From Clostridia bacterium (GTDB taxonomy: Bacteria > Bacillota > Clostridia > Oscillospirales > CAG-272): DNA of 64,000 nt. Under the pieces are notes generated by a model, which was given only the letters and a program-made list of their open reading frames with translations, was not told where the DNA came from and made no database searches. Below are positions 9,226 through 18,650 of this stretch, piece by piece. Both the position numbers and the translations under genes were made by a program. Positions within the stretch are counted from its first letter, which is position 1; every line of letters starts with the position of its first letter. The stretch covers positions 4,853-68,852 of the forward strand of contig JAFTCN010000053.1 of NCBI GenBank assembly GCA_017454675.1, given 5' to 3'.

Positions 9226-11148
9226 ATGAAGACGGAATACATAAAGCTCAACACATGCGTCGTAGGCTCCGGCGCTGCCGGATTTGCCGCGGCGGTAAGA
9301 CTCCGGCAGGCTGGATGCCGGGACGTCGCGATCCTCACCGAAAACGTGTGTTCGGGGACATCCAGGAACACGGGATCCGACAAGCAGACATACTACAAGC
9401 TCGGAATGTGCGGCGATGTCCCCGACAGCGTTGCCGCGATGGCCCGCGACCTTTTCTCGTGCGGCTGCACCGACGGAGACAGCGCGCTATGCGAAGCCGC
9501 CCTGTCGGCCAGATGCTTCTTCTTCCTGTGCGACCTCGGCGTCCCCTTCCCGTGCGACGCGAACGGCCAGTATGCCGGATACAAGACCGACCACGACACC
9601 GCCGGAAGGGCATCCTCGTGCGGCCCGCTGACGTCGAAGAAGATGACTGAATGCCTCGAGCAGCGCGCCGCGGAGCTGGGCATCAGAGTCTTCTCAGGGC
9701 GGACAGCCGTCGACATACTGAAAAAAGACGGCGGAGGGGAGATCTGCGGACTTGTCGCGGTATCCCGCGACGGAAGCGGAGGCCCGGACAGCTATACCGT
9801 CACGATCGTCAACTGCAAAAACATAATCTGGGCGACCGGAGGCCCCGCGGGGATCTATTCCGACTCGGTCTATCCCGTGAGCCAGACCGGCTCCAGCGGC
9901 GTGCTGCTCGCGGCCGGTGCAAAGGCTCAGAACCTCACAGAATGGCAGTACGGACTCGCGTCGATAAAACCGCGGTGGAACGTTTCGGGCAGCTACATGC
10001 AGGTGCTGCCGAGTTTCATATCGGTAGGAGACGACGGCTCGGAACACGAATTTCTGACAAGTCACTACGGGGATATTTCAGACGTTTGCTCTTCGGTATT
10101 CCTCAAGGGATACGAGTGGCCGTTCAACTGCGGGAAACTGGGGCCCCGGGGCTCGTCGCTCATCGATCTTCTCGTATACAGGGAGAAGAACATATACGGG
10201 AGACGTGTCTATCTCGATTTCAGGAACAATCCGGGCGGCAGGGACGTTGATTTCTCCTCCCTAATTCCCGAGGCCCGCGAATATCTCGGGCGTGCCGGCA
10301 TCTGCTTCGGCCGGCCGGTCGACAGGCTGCGGAAGATGAATCGCCCGGCATACGAGCTCTATCTGTCGAAAGGCGTCGACCTTGAAAAAGAGCCGCTCGA
10401 GATCTCTCTGTGCGCTCAGCACTGCAACGGTGGCATCGCCGTCGACAGATGGTGGCAGACCGGTATCGCCGGTCTGTTCGTATGCGGAGAGGCGGCAGGG
10501 ACACACGGAATCCGCCGCCCCGGCGGCTCCGCCCTCAATTCGGGGCAGGTGGGTGCACTTCGTTCAGCGACATATGCCGCGGTGAAGCGCTCAGGAGAGC
10601 CCATGGACGACGGAGACTTTCTGAAGCTCGCGATGCCGGAAGTCAGACGTCATATGGAATTCATAAACAACGCCGCGTGCGTCCCCGGAAACGTGAAGGA
10701 GATCATAGCGGAGCGCGCCTCCGGGATGAGCAGAATCGCGGCCGCGGTCCGGAACACGTCGGAGCTCGGTCCTTTCTGCGAGAGCGCCCGCGGACTTCTG
10801 CGCTCGCTCGGCGGACTTCACGGTGAGCCGCTCGACCTCTACCGCCTGCGCGACATGCTGATCACTCAGATCACCGTCGCGGGGGCGATGGCGGACTACG
10901 CAGGATACGCCGGATGCAGCCGGGGCTCGGCGGTCTATCTCGACAGAGAAGGCATCGTGCCCGAAGGTTTCGACGGAAGCTTTTCTTATCTCGCTCCCGG
11001 CGACGGCATGCCGGATCTGATACAGGAAGCCGAATACCGCGACGGATACGGCGTATATGAAAAAAGGCCGGTCCGTCCGATACCTGACGGCGACCTTTTC
11101 TTCGAGAATGTCTGGAACAGATTCATGGAGACCGGCGGAGTCTTCTGA
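9226..11148 (+). CDS. FAD-binding protein, succinate dehydrogenase/fumarate reductase flavoprotein-like
   Basis: VVGSGAAG, IIWATGG, AQHCNGGI, GLFVCGEAAGTHGIRRPGGSAL; SdhA-like C-terminal SRGS. Confidence 0.8.
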   Translation: MKTEYIKLNTCVVGSGAAGFAAAVRLRQAGCRDVAILTENVCSGTSRNTGSDKQTYYKLGMCGDVPDSVAAMARDLFSCGCTDGDSALCEAALSARCFFFLCDLGVPFPCDANGQYAGYKTDHDTAGRASSCGPLTSKKMTECLEQRAAELGIRVFSGRTAVDILKKDGGGEICGLVAVSRDGSGGPDSYTVTIVNCKNIIWATGGPAGIYSDSVYPVSQTGSSGVLLAAGAKAQNLTEWQYGLASIKPRWNVSGSYMQVLPSFISVGDDGSEHEFLTSHYGDISDVCSSVFLKGYEWPFNCGKLGPRGSSLIDLLVYREKNIYGRRVYLDFRNNPGGRDVDFSSLIPEAREYLGRAGICFGRPVDRLRKMNRPAYELYLSKGVDLEKEPLEISLCAQHCNGGIAVDRWWQTGIAGLFVCGEAAGTHGIRRPGGSALNSGQVGALRSATYAAVKRSGEPMDDGDFLKLAMPEVRRHMEFINNAACVPGNVKEIIAERASGMSRIAAAVRNTSELGPFCESARGLLRSLGGLHGEPLDLYRLRDMLITQITVAGAMADYAGYAGCSRGSAVYLDREGIVPEGFDGSFSYLAPGDGMPDLIQEAEYRDGYGVYEKRPVRPIPDGDLFFENVWNRFMETGGVF

Positions 11149-11161
11149 AACGATATGCATC

Positions 11162-11205
11162 ATGACAGCAAAAAACGGCCGATTTGGGCCGTTTTTTGCT
11201 GTCAT
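11162..11205. terminator. bidirectional intrinsic terminator
   Basis: Perfect 19-bp inverted repeat ATGACAGCAAAAAACGGCC-gatttg-GGCCGTTTTTTGCTGTCAT between convergent genes. Confidence 0.9.
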
Positions 11206-11213
11206 TCGGTCGA

Positions 11214-12194
11214 TCATCCGAACTTTACATGAGTGAGCGGCTCTCCGTCGGTGCCGACGATGTCAGTGTCATAAACGGTATTTCCTTCGCTGTCGGAAGT
11301 CCCGTAGAACTGACGCCTTCCCTCCGACATTGAGGAAAGATACCATATGCCCTGAGCCACCGTCGATCCGCTGACCTTTACCGCCGCCTGTTCGCCGTAG
11401 ATATCGACCTTCGCGCGGCTGTCGATCATAAGGACGCTCCCGCTCGATTCCGCATTCAGCAGTATCCCGTATTCGTATTCGCCGTCGGGATCGCTGACCG
11501 TTAGCTGCCCTCTTCCGGTTATCAGCATGCTTCCGCCGTAATGGAAGCCCCAAACCGTTATTGATCTCAGCGTGTTTTTCCCGACGAGCTTCAGCTTGAA
11601 ACCGTTGCCCATAAGGTTTACGTCGAGGTGTCCTCCGTCGACATTGTTGAGGGTAAGCGTGTTGGTGTCCCGGTCGTATGAGACTCCCTCGGGTACCGTG
11701 CCCTGTCTGTCTCCGGGATCACGCGAGGGGTTCATATAGACGACAGCATGTCCGTTCTCGCCGTCAAGCAGAATATATTCCTCGTCTACCGCGCCGTATT
11801 CCTCTACGGTCCCGTTCGGATCCTGGTTGTCAAGCTCCGGGAAAGCTCCGTCGGGATAGTCCCGGTCAGGGTCGAAATGATGGTCGTGCGGCTCTTCGAA
11901 AAAGATCGGACTTCCCTCTTCGCTGAAAAGATCGAAGCCCAGAAGATCGAAACCGAAAGACGAATAAACGAGATTTGCTACGACCGCAACGGCGACAAAG
12001 GCGGCAATACTGCTCCGTTTGAGCATACTGATGAATCCGCCTTTTTTCTTCTGTTTCTTTATTTCCCAGTGGTCGCCGTTCATCTCGTCCGTAGTTCTGA
12101 ATTCATCTGTCGGACGGATGTATTCGGGGGTCACGATGCCGCCGAATTCCTCGGGAACGCCGAACTCCGGGTCACGTTTGTACGTACTGCCCAA
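11214..12194 (-). CDS. single-pass membrane protein with extracellular beta-helix-like (Cthe_2159-like) domain
   Basis: TTG start after GAAAGGAGG; basic KKQKKK then a hydrophobic helix; GVSYDRDTNTLTLNNV, LKLVGKNTL, LITGRGQLTV beta-solenoid motifs. Confidence 0.6.
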   Translation of the reverse strand: MGSTYKRDPEFGVPEEFGGIVTPEYIRPTDEFRTTDEMNGDHWEIKKQKKKGGFISMLKRSSIAAFVAVAVVANLVYSSFGFDLLGFDLFSEEGSPIFFEEPHDHHFDPDRDYPDGAFPELDNQDPNGTVEEYGAVDEEYILLDGENGHAVVYMNPSRDPGDRQGTVPEGVSYDRDTNTLTLNNVDGGHLDVNLMGNGFKLKLVGKNTLRSITVWGFHYGGSMLITGRGQLTVSDPDGEYEYGILLNAESSGSVLMIDSRAKVDIYGEQAAVKVSGSTVAQGIWYLSSMSEGRRQFYGTSDSEGNTVYDTDIVGTDGEPLTHVKFG

Positions 12195-12251
12195 CGGTCT
12201 GCCTCCTTTCTCTTCTCTGTATATGACCGCAAAAACGAAAGAAGAACGGTA

Positions 12252-13142
12252 TCAGCCGATATTGTGAACGTCGAGCTGCGGGAAGGGGCATTCGACTCCG
12301 AGTTTGCGGAAGCCGAGAAGCAGGTCGTGATTGAGCACGCGTGAGCCTGAATAGATGTCTTTTTCGTCGACATCGACAACGAAGCGCAGCACGACGGAAC
12401 TGTCGGCAAGCGACTGTACTCCGAGATACCGCGGAGCGCTCTTGAAGATGTCTGTTCTCACAGCGTATATCTCCTCCATGAGCTGCGGGATCCCGGCCTC
12501 GAGGGCGGCAAGATCGGTCGCATAGGGGATCGCGATATCGCTGAGGCTGCGCGAGATCCTGTCGGATCTGTTGAGTATGTTCTTCATGTCAGAGTTGTTG
12601 ACGATCTTGACGTTGTCGCCGGTGTCTGTGATGCTGGTCGTGCGGATCCCGATATTGGTGACCGTTCCTCTGAATCCGTCGACTTCCACGATATCGCCCA
12701 CGTTATACTGGTTCTCGAAGAGCATGAAAGCTCCCGTCACAACGTCGCTGATGAGGCTCTCGGCGCTGAAACCGACGACAAGAGCTACGATCCCGACGCT
12801 CGCGACGATAGTCGAGACGTTGACTCCGATGATCGACAGGCCCCAGCAGATTATCACTATGATGGCGACGTACTTGAGCAGGCTCGAGATGATAGACAGG
12901 ATCGAGCGGGCTCTGTGATTGGTCGGCCTGGGGATCTGAAGGATCAGATAAAGGCCGGTCTGGATACCGATGACAAGGGCCGCCATGACGATGAGTTTGA
13001 GTATATTCGACAGGTTGATCGTCACATTCTGGAACGACTGGGCGCTGAATACGCTTGTTAGAAAGCCGACCGGGATCAGCACCGTGAGCAGACCTGCGCA
13101 CACGATCAGCCTGATCAGCATGTTTTTCCTGTTCTTGTTCAT
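12252..13142 (-). CDS. mscS: small-conductance mechanosensitive channel (MscS family)
   Basis: TM helices, GIVALVVGFSAESLISDVVTG, YNVGDIVEV, GTVTNIGIRTT, C-terminal PFPQLDVH. Confidence 0.9.
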   Translation of the reverse strand: MNKNRKNMLIRLIVCAGLLTVLIPVGFLTSVFSAQSFQNVTINLSNILKLIVMAALVIGIQTGLYLILQIPRPTNHRARSILSIISSLLKYVAIIVIICWGLSIIGVNVSTIVASVGIVALVVGFSAESLISDVVTGAFMLFENQYNVGDIVEVDGFRGTVTNIGIRTTSITDTGDNVKIVNNSDMKNILNRSDRISRSLSDIAIPYATDLAALEAGIPQLMEEIYAVRTDIFKSAPRYLGVQSLADSSVVLRFVVDVDEKDIYSGSRVLNHDLLLGFRKLGVECPFPQLDVHNIG

Positions 13143-13211
13143 TTTTCTCTCCGTGATATAAAAATTTTTATAATTCTCATCATGATCATGACGTCGGCGC
13201 CGGCTCCTGTG

Positions 13212-14393
13212 TCAGGGCCTGTATTCGCAGCCGTCGGAAGGGATGCAGGAGACCGAATCCCCGTCGAGATATACGAGTCCCGCCTCACCGTCCCCGCCGA
13301 ATTCCCGGCATCTGTCGGACATATAGAGCGGGAGAAGTCTGAGCAGAAGATCAGAGCAGCCGAGCCGGGTCGAAAAAGCCGTTGCAGGACCGGAGGCGTC
13401 GTGAGGCAGCAGATCAGAGACGCCGATATACCGGGAGACCACGGTGCCGTCTCTGTATGTGTAGCAGAAGTTCTCCTCGAATCCGTCGAGAGCGAACCGG
13501 CGCAGCGAGCAGAAGGCAACTCCGCCTCCGTATACGAGGCCTCCGGCGGATACCGTCTTTCCGTCCTTTTCGATATAGAACCCGGACACGTAACGCGTGT
13601 CCGACGAATCGAAATTGCGGGCAAAACCGTCCTTCGAGGCGATCGCGCCGTGTCTGTATCCGAGCGATACGAGACCGTCGGCAAGCAGGTCGACGATATA
13701 CGCGTTCTTCATCCAGCAGAAATCGACGAAAGCTTCGATCCCCCGCTCTTCCGCGAAGGCGAGATATTCGTCGCTGACACGGAGAACGACCTTGCCGTCG
13801 CCCCTGAACTCAAGGCTCACATGTTCGTCGGAGCGGACGAAGGGGATGAGAGCGTCGTAGAAGGAACGCATCTGCGTGTTTCTGGCAGGGTCCCAGGTAG
13901 CGGCGTCCTCGTCGTACGATGACGACCACAGGGTCTCATAATAGGCAAAAGCCGGAGCAAGAAAAATATTTCGCCCCGGATCGGATGCCGCTTTTTCAAG
14001 AGACGAGCAGAGTTCCGCGGGAAGTACGATCTCGGTGTTCGGAGAAGAATTCAGCGAAGCGAGATTTACGGTATCCGAAAAAGAAAGAGTCGGATGGAAA
14101 AGCCGGTAGTAATATGTGGTTTTTTCGGTATAAATGTTTCGAAGCGCTTTGTATTCGGCTGTGGAGGACATGCCAGACACTCCAAGCTCGTATGTGAATA
14201 CGAGCTCAGGTGCGCAACCGACAGCCCCGTCATGTGCCTCGACCGTCTTAACGCCCTTGCCGGTCGTGAGCAGACCGCCGATGCCGATCGCGATGCCCGA
14301 GGCCCCGACGGCCGCCAGCACTATGACCGCGATCAGCCGCAGGACCGTTTTTTTGTCCCGAAAAAGCTTTTTATCTTCTTTTTTATCTTCCAT
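13212..14393 (-). CDS. ApbE-like (FAD:protein FMN transferase fold) membrane-anchored protein, motif-degenerate
   Basis: N-terminal TM; NLASLN..P...EL..L segment, VDFCWMKNAYIVDLLADGL (in place of LDLGGIAKGY..D); overall ApbE-like layout. Confidence 0.55.
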   Translation of the reverse strand: MEDKKEDKKLFRDKKTVLRLIAVIVLAAVGASGIAIGIGGLLTTGKGVKTVEAHDGAVGCAPELVFTYELGVSGMSSTAEYKALRNIYTEKTTYYYRLFHPTLSFSDTVNLASLNSSPNTEIVLPAELCSSLEKAASDPGRNIFLAPAFAYYETLWSSSYDEDAATWDPARNTQMRSFYDALIPFVRSDEHVSLEFRGDGKVVLRVSDEYLAFAEERGIEAFVDFCWMKNAYIVDLLADGLVSLGYRHGAIASKDGFARNFDSSDTRYVSGFYIEKDGKTVSAGGLVYGGGVAFCSLRRFALDGFEENFCYTYRDGTVVSRYIGVSDLLPHDASGPATAFSTRLGCSDLLLRLLPLYMSDRCREFGGDGEAGLVYLDGDSVSCIPSDGCEYRP

Positions 14394-14425
14394 TTTAAAG
14401 CCTGCCCCCCTGTCTGACGCCGTCT

Positions 14426-14449
14426 GCGGAACGGGAGTACCCGTTCCGC
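14426..14449 (-). other. GC-rich intergenic stem-loop between oppF and the apbE-like gene (possible mRNA stabiliser)
   Basis: GCGGAACGGG-agta-CCCGTTCCGC, 10-bp perfect stem, no U tract. Confidence 0.5.
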
Positions 14450-14490
14450 GGATAGCGTGTCCGGTACGTCGGAGGCCCTTTACGGTATCG

Positions 14491-15819
14491 TCAGATGACC
14501 GCGAGGAGCAGCAGGATCAGGAAAATGACCAGCAGCGCTCCCCTGAACGCCAGGCCTATGAACGAGCCCTTGCGGCAGGATCTGCGGTTGCGCATATAAT
14601 TGTGCTTGCGGAAGACCGCGGCGGCGATGAGCCCGAGTATCGGGAAAAGGAAGGCAAGGACTCCGAGCCAGGCATTGCCGGTGTCGTGGAGAGGAGTGTC
14701 GAGGATCGGTTCGTTCGAAACGTTGTAATCCGCGTCATCCTTCTCCTTTTCCTGACCGTCGGCGGGAGCGTTGACGTCCTTGATAGTGACCGGCTTGAGC
14801 GGGATGCCCGCTTCGCGGATCTTCTTGTATTCCTCTATCTCGGAGAGACTTCCGAATACATAGTGATCGTGCCCGATCGGACGGAGCTCCGGAGTCTCGC
14901 TGCTGTAGTCATGTATCGAGGGATCATAGGTAAAGAGCACCTTGTTCTTCTCAAGCAGCGGATCGGGAATCGGTATGGCCGAGATTAGCGATCTCGTGTA
15001 GGGATGGAGCGGGAAATTGAAGAGTTCCTCGGACGACGCGACCTCGACGATGTCGCCCTTGTAAATGACGCCTATCCTGTCGGAGATGAATCTGACGATC
15101 GAAAGGTCGTGGGCGATGAAGAGGTAGGTGGTACCGCGTTCCTCCTGGAACTTCTTCATCAGATTGAGCACCTGTGCTCTGATCGAAATGTCGAGCGCGG
15201 AGATCGGCTCGTCGGCGATGACGAGCTCCGGCTCCATTACCATGGCTCTCGCAAGACCGATCCTCTGGCGCTGGCCGCCCGAAAACTCGTGTGGATAGCG
15301 CGTCAGGTGCTCGGGGAGCAGGCCGACCTCGTCGATGATCTTCTCGACCTTCGCGACTCTCTCGGCCTCGTTCTTGAAGAGATGGAAGTTGTATAGTCCT
15401 TCGGAGATGATGTAATCCACCGTCGCGCGCTCGTTGAGCGAGGCGGCGGGATCCTGGAAGACCATCTGGATGTTCCTGATGACTTCCCTGTCGACCGACT
15501 TCGGGATCTTTCCCGAGATCCGTACGCCCTTGTAGTCGATCTCGCCGGCGGCGCAGGGGTTGACTCTGATTACGGCTCTGCCTATCGTGGTCTTCCCGGA
15601 GCCCGACTCTCCGACGAGCGAGAAGGTCTCGCCCCTGTAGATGTCGAACGAGGCGTTCTTTACGGCCTTGACGGCCCTGTCGCCCTTTCCGAATGTGATG
15701 TCGACATTCTTCAGCGACAGAAGTATCTCGCGGCCGTTTTCGTCGAACGGACCGTTTGCGGGGAGATGTTTGGCTTTTGAAAGATCGGCGGCGCCGTTGT
15801 GATTAAGCTGTTCGTTCAT
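14491..15819 (-). CDS. oppF: oligopeptide ABC ATP-binding protein OppF with C-terminal two-helix membrane extension
   Basis: Walker [13 protein letters not shown], signature FSGGQRQR, Walker [20 protein letters not shown]; hydrophobic C-terminal tail. Confidence 0.9.
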   Translation of the reverse strand: MNEQLNHNGAADLSKAKHLPANGPFDENGREILLSLKNVDITFGKGDRAVKAVKNASFDIYRGETFSLVGESGSGKTTIGRAVIRVNPCAAGEIDYKGVRISGKIPKSVDREVIRNIQMVFQDPAASLNERATVDYIISEGLYNFHLFKNEAERVAKVEKIIDEVGLLPEHLTRYPHEFSGGQRQRIGLARAMVMEPELVIADEPISALDISIRAQVLNLMKKFQEERGTTYLFIAHDLSIVRFISDRIGVIYKGDIVEVASSEELFNFPLHPYTRSLISAIPIPDPLLEKNKVLFTYDPSIHDYSSETPELRPIGHDHYVFGSLSEIEEYKKIREAGIPLKPVTIKDVNAPADGQEKEKDDADYNVSNEPILDTPLHDTGNAWLGVLAFLFPILGLIAAAVFRKHNYMRNRRSCRKGSFIGLAFRGALLVIFLILLLLAVI

Positions 15820-15834
15820 AAAGCTGCCCCCCTG

Positions 15835-17634
15835 TCAGATATTGAAAGCTTCGATAAGCTTTTCATGGATGTTCCTGATCGCTTCGGGCTTTTCGATCTT
15901 CGGTGATCTGGGATCGAGCAGCCAGGTCTTGGCATAGTGGGTGTCGGTGATCCGGAACATCGGAGGATCGAGAAGAGTGTCGATCTTCAGGCAGTAGGGA
16001 TTTCTCGGAGCGAACGGGTCGCCAACGATAGTGTTGTAGAGGCTCGGAGGAGTACCGGTGATCGAATAGAGTTTGGTATTCCTCTTGGCAAGCTGCGGCA
16101 GCGACGAAAGCAGCGCCCAGGTGTAGGGATGACGCGGATCGAAGAAAATCTCGTTTACGTGTCCGACCTCGACGATCTGTCCGGCGTAAAGCACCGCGAC
16201 TCTGTCCGCTATGTTGGCCACGACTCCCAGATCGTGCGTGATGAATACGATGGTGTAGTTGAATTCTCTCTGAAGATCCTTGAGCAGCTTGAGTATCTGA
16301 GCCTGGATCGTGACGTCGAGAGCTGTGGTGGGCTCGTCGCAGATAAGGATCTTGGGCTGGCAGGACAGCGCGATGGCAATGACTATCCTCTGCCTCATTC
16401 CGCCGGAATACTGGAAGGGGTAATCGTCGAACCTCTTCTCCGCCTCGGGGATGCCGACCTTCTTCATAAGGATGAGAGCGCGCTCCCTGGCTTCGAATTC
16501 AGAGCACTTCTGGTGCTTCAGAATGACCGACGTGATCTGCTTTCCTATCGTGATGATGGGGTTGAGCGAGGTCATCGGGTCCTGGAAAACGGTGGCGATC
16601 TTCTTTCCTCTGATCTGGGTCCAGTCGGTCTGTTCCTTGATCTTGGCGAGGTTGAGGATGCATTCGCCGTGCAGCGTTTCTTCGGTCTCGTCGATGTACC
16701 TTACCCTGAATATTACCCTGTCGAACACCTTGTTGCGCTCGGACATATCGGACAGGTCGATGCCCGTCTTCATGGCCTCAGTGCAGCATTTTACGAGCCT
16801 GCGTCGCATGTTCGCACCGCGGAGGCCTCCGATGCGGCCGGTCGAGAGCAGTATCTCCTTCGCGAGGATGAGATTGCGCTCAGAGATGCTCTCGGGGACG
16901 GTGACATTCGCCATCTCGATGTATTTCTTACCGAGCTCGAGTCTTTTCTTCTCATACTCGGTGTTGTACGAAACGTCGCCGGCGGCCTTTGCCTTTTTCT
17001 CGGCAGCCTTTATCTTTTTCTGCGCCTCGATCTTCTTTATCTCTTCGGAGAACTTCGCGATCCTGGCGTCGGCCTCTTTAATGGCCTCTTTTTCTTTAGA
17101 GGAGTCGAGAGTGAGTTTGTGGTTGTAGACTTCGGTCTTCTGGAACAGCAGTTCCTTCAGCTGGACGTCGAACTCGGCGGATTCCTCGGGAGTGAGCTTC
17201 GCGCGGCTCTCCTTCTCTTTTTTGAGCCTGTCGAGCTCGACCCAGACCGGAGAGGCGAACTCACGGCCGTAGTTCCGGTCGAGTTCTTTTCGAATGGATT
17301 CGACGGTCTTGCGATGCTTCCTGCTGTTTGAGACGTTCGTCGTGACGAGTTCTTCGTCGTTGTAGATGATGTCGCCGCTGTCGATGAAACCGTTGCTGTC
17401 GAGCATCCCGGCGAAGGTCTTGGTGAAGACGGATTTGCCCGAGCCTGACTCGCCGACTATGGCGATCGACTCGTTCTCCATGACGTCGAGCGAGATGCCG
17501 CGTATAGCGGTCAGCACTCTGCCTCTGACGTGGAATTTGACTACAAGATCCCTGACCGAAAGGAGCACCTTCTCCTTTTTGTCAACAGTGTTTTCAGTGA
17601 CGGCGTTCATGCCTGCGTCTTTGTATTCAGCCAT
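15835..17634 (-). CDS. oppD: oligopeptide ABC ATP-binding protein OppD with large charged insertion
   Basis: GESGSGKS, FQDPMTSLNP, YPFQYSGGMRQR, ICDEPTTALD, PRHPYTWALL; ATG at 17634 after GAGGTG. Confidence 0.9.
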   Translation of the reverse strand: MAEYKDAGMNAVTENTVDKKEKVLLSVRDLVVKFHVRGRVLTAIRGISLDVMENESIAIVGESGSGKSVFTKTFAGMLDSNGFIDSGDIIYNDEELVTTNVSNSRKHRKTVESIRKELDRNYGREFASPVWVELDRLKKEKESRAKLTPEESAEFDVQLKELLFQKTEVYNHKLTLDSSKEKEAIKEADARIAKFSEEIKKIEAQKKIKAAEKKAKAAGDVSYNTEYEKKRLELGKKYIEMANVTVPESISERNLILAKEILLSTGRIGGLRGANMRRRLVKCCTEAMKTGIDLSDMSERNKVFDRVIFRVRYIDETEETLHGECILNLAKIKEQTDWTQIRGKKIATVFQDPMTSLNPIITIGKQITSVILKHQKCSEFEARERALILMKKVGIPEAEKRFDDYPFQYSGGMRQRIVIAIALSCQPKILICDEPTTALDVTIQAQILKLLKDLQREFNYTIVFITHDLGVVANIADRVAVLYAGQIVEVGHVNEIFFDPRHPYTWALLSSLPQLAKRNTKLYSITGTPPSLYNTIVGDPFAPRNPYCLKIDTLLDPPMFRITDTHYAKTWLLDPRSPKIEKPEAIRNIHEKLIEAFNI

Positions 17635-17642
17635 GCCGCACC

Positions 17643-18644
17643 TCACATATGTGTTCTCGGGTCGGAGGCGTCACCGAGGTTCTGTCCCACGACGTAGAGA
17701 ACTATCGTAATGATCGAAGCGATCGCGACCGGAGCCCAGAATTCGAGCTGCATACCGGGCGTGAACATAGAGGGCTGCGCGGTACCGATGAGTTTGCCGA
17801 GCGAAATATCGGACATCGTAAGTCCGATGTAGCTGAGGAATACTTCATATGAAATATATGAAGGGATCTCTGTGGCGGCGAGAGTTACGATGACCGACAC
17901 CATGAAGGGCAGTATGTTCTTCATGGCTATACGGAAGATCGATGTCCCGAGGCAGCGCGATGCCAGATTGTACTCACGGTCGCGGATTATTACGACCTGG
18001 GTCCTGATAAAATACGCGATGCCGAGCCAGCCGGTGACAGTCAGAGCGAAGACCAGCGACCAGAAACTGGCCGAGAGCAGCATGACTATGACCGAGATGA
18101 GGAGTATGTACGGCACATTGCCGATGATATTGTAGACCTCCTGCATGATGAGGTCGAACCGCTTGGAGAATCCCCAGACCGCGCCGAGCACGACGCCGAT
18201 GGCCATATTGATTATGGCACAGATGAAGGCGAGCGAAAGCGAGATCCGGGAACCGGTCCAGATGGCGTCAAACGTGGATTCGCCGACGCCGCCCGAGCCG
18301 AGTATCCAGTGGATCTTCGCGTCGTCCGGATGGAGCTCCATCGCCTTTTCGGGAGTGAGATGCTTTCCGCCCTCGGTCAGGACGCTCGAGAAGCGGTCGT
18401 AATTTGAGAACATGGGATAAATGTAGGCAAATACCACGATAACAGCAAGCAGGCCGAGTATAACGATATTGATCTTCTTTCTGAAGAAGACTCTGAACAC
18501 AGAATGCCAGTAGCTGTATCTGGGTGCCGTGATCTTTTCTGCCGCGAGTTTGTCGCTTTCGACTCTGCTGAAGAGTTCCTCTTCGGGAATTCCGAGAGAC
18601 GAGAGGTCCTGAAGTTTTTCAGTTTCGGTCGTATTTCCGTTCAT
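17643..18644 (-). CDS. oppC: oligopeptide ABC permease OppC (AmiD-like)
   Basis: YSYWHSVFRVF N-terminus, multiple TM helices, EAA loop REYNLASRCLG, GQNLGDASDPRTH. Confidence 0.9.
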   Translation of the reverse strand: MNGNTTETEKLQDLSSLGIPEEELFSRVESDKLAAEKITAPRYSYWHSVFRVFFRKKINIVILGLLAVIVVFAYIYPMFSNYDRFSSVLTEGGKHLTPEKAMELHPDDAKIHWILGSGGVGESTFDAIWTGSRISLSLAFICAIINMAIGVVLGAVWGFSKRFDLIMQEVYNIIGNVPYILLISVIVMLLSASFWSLVFALTVTGWLGIAYFIRTQVVIIRDREYNLASRCLGTSIFRIAMKNILPFMVSVIVTLAATEIPSYISYEVFLSYIGLTMSDISLGKLIGTAQPSMFTPGMQLEFWAPVAIASIITIVLYVVGQNLGDASDPRTHM

Positions 18645-18650
18645 TTCAGG

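Noticed and set aside
4696-11205. Genomic island integrated at tRNA-Val
   Set aside because: No integrase or transposase, and I found no duplicated tRNA 3' end.
16657-17352. OppD insertion as an intein
   Set aside because: No intein terminal residues or homing endonuclease motifs; kept as a coiled-coil insertion finding.
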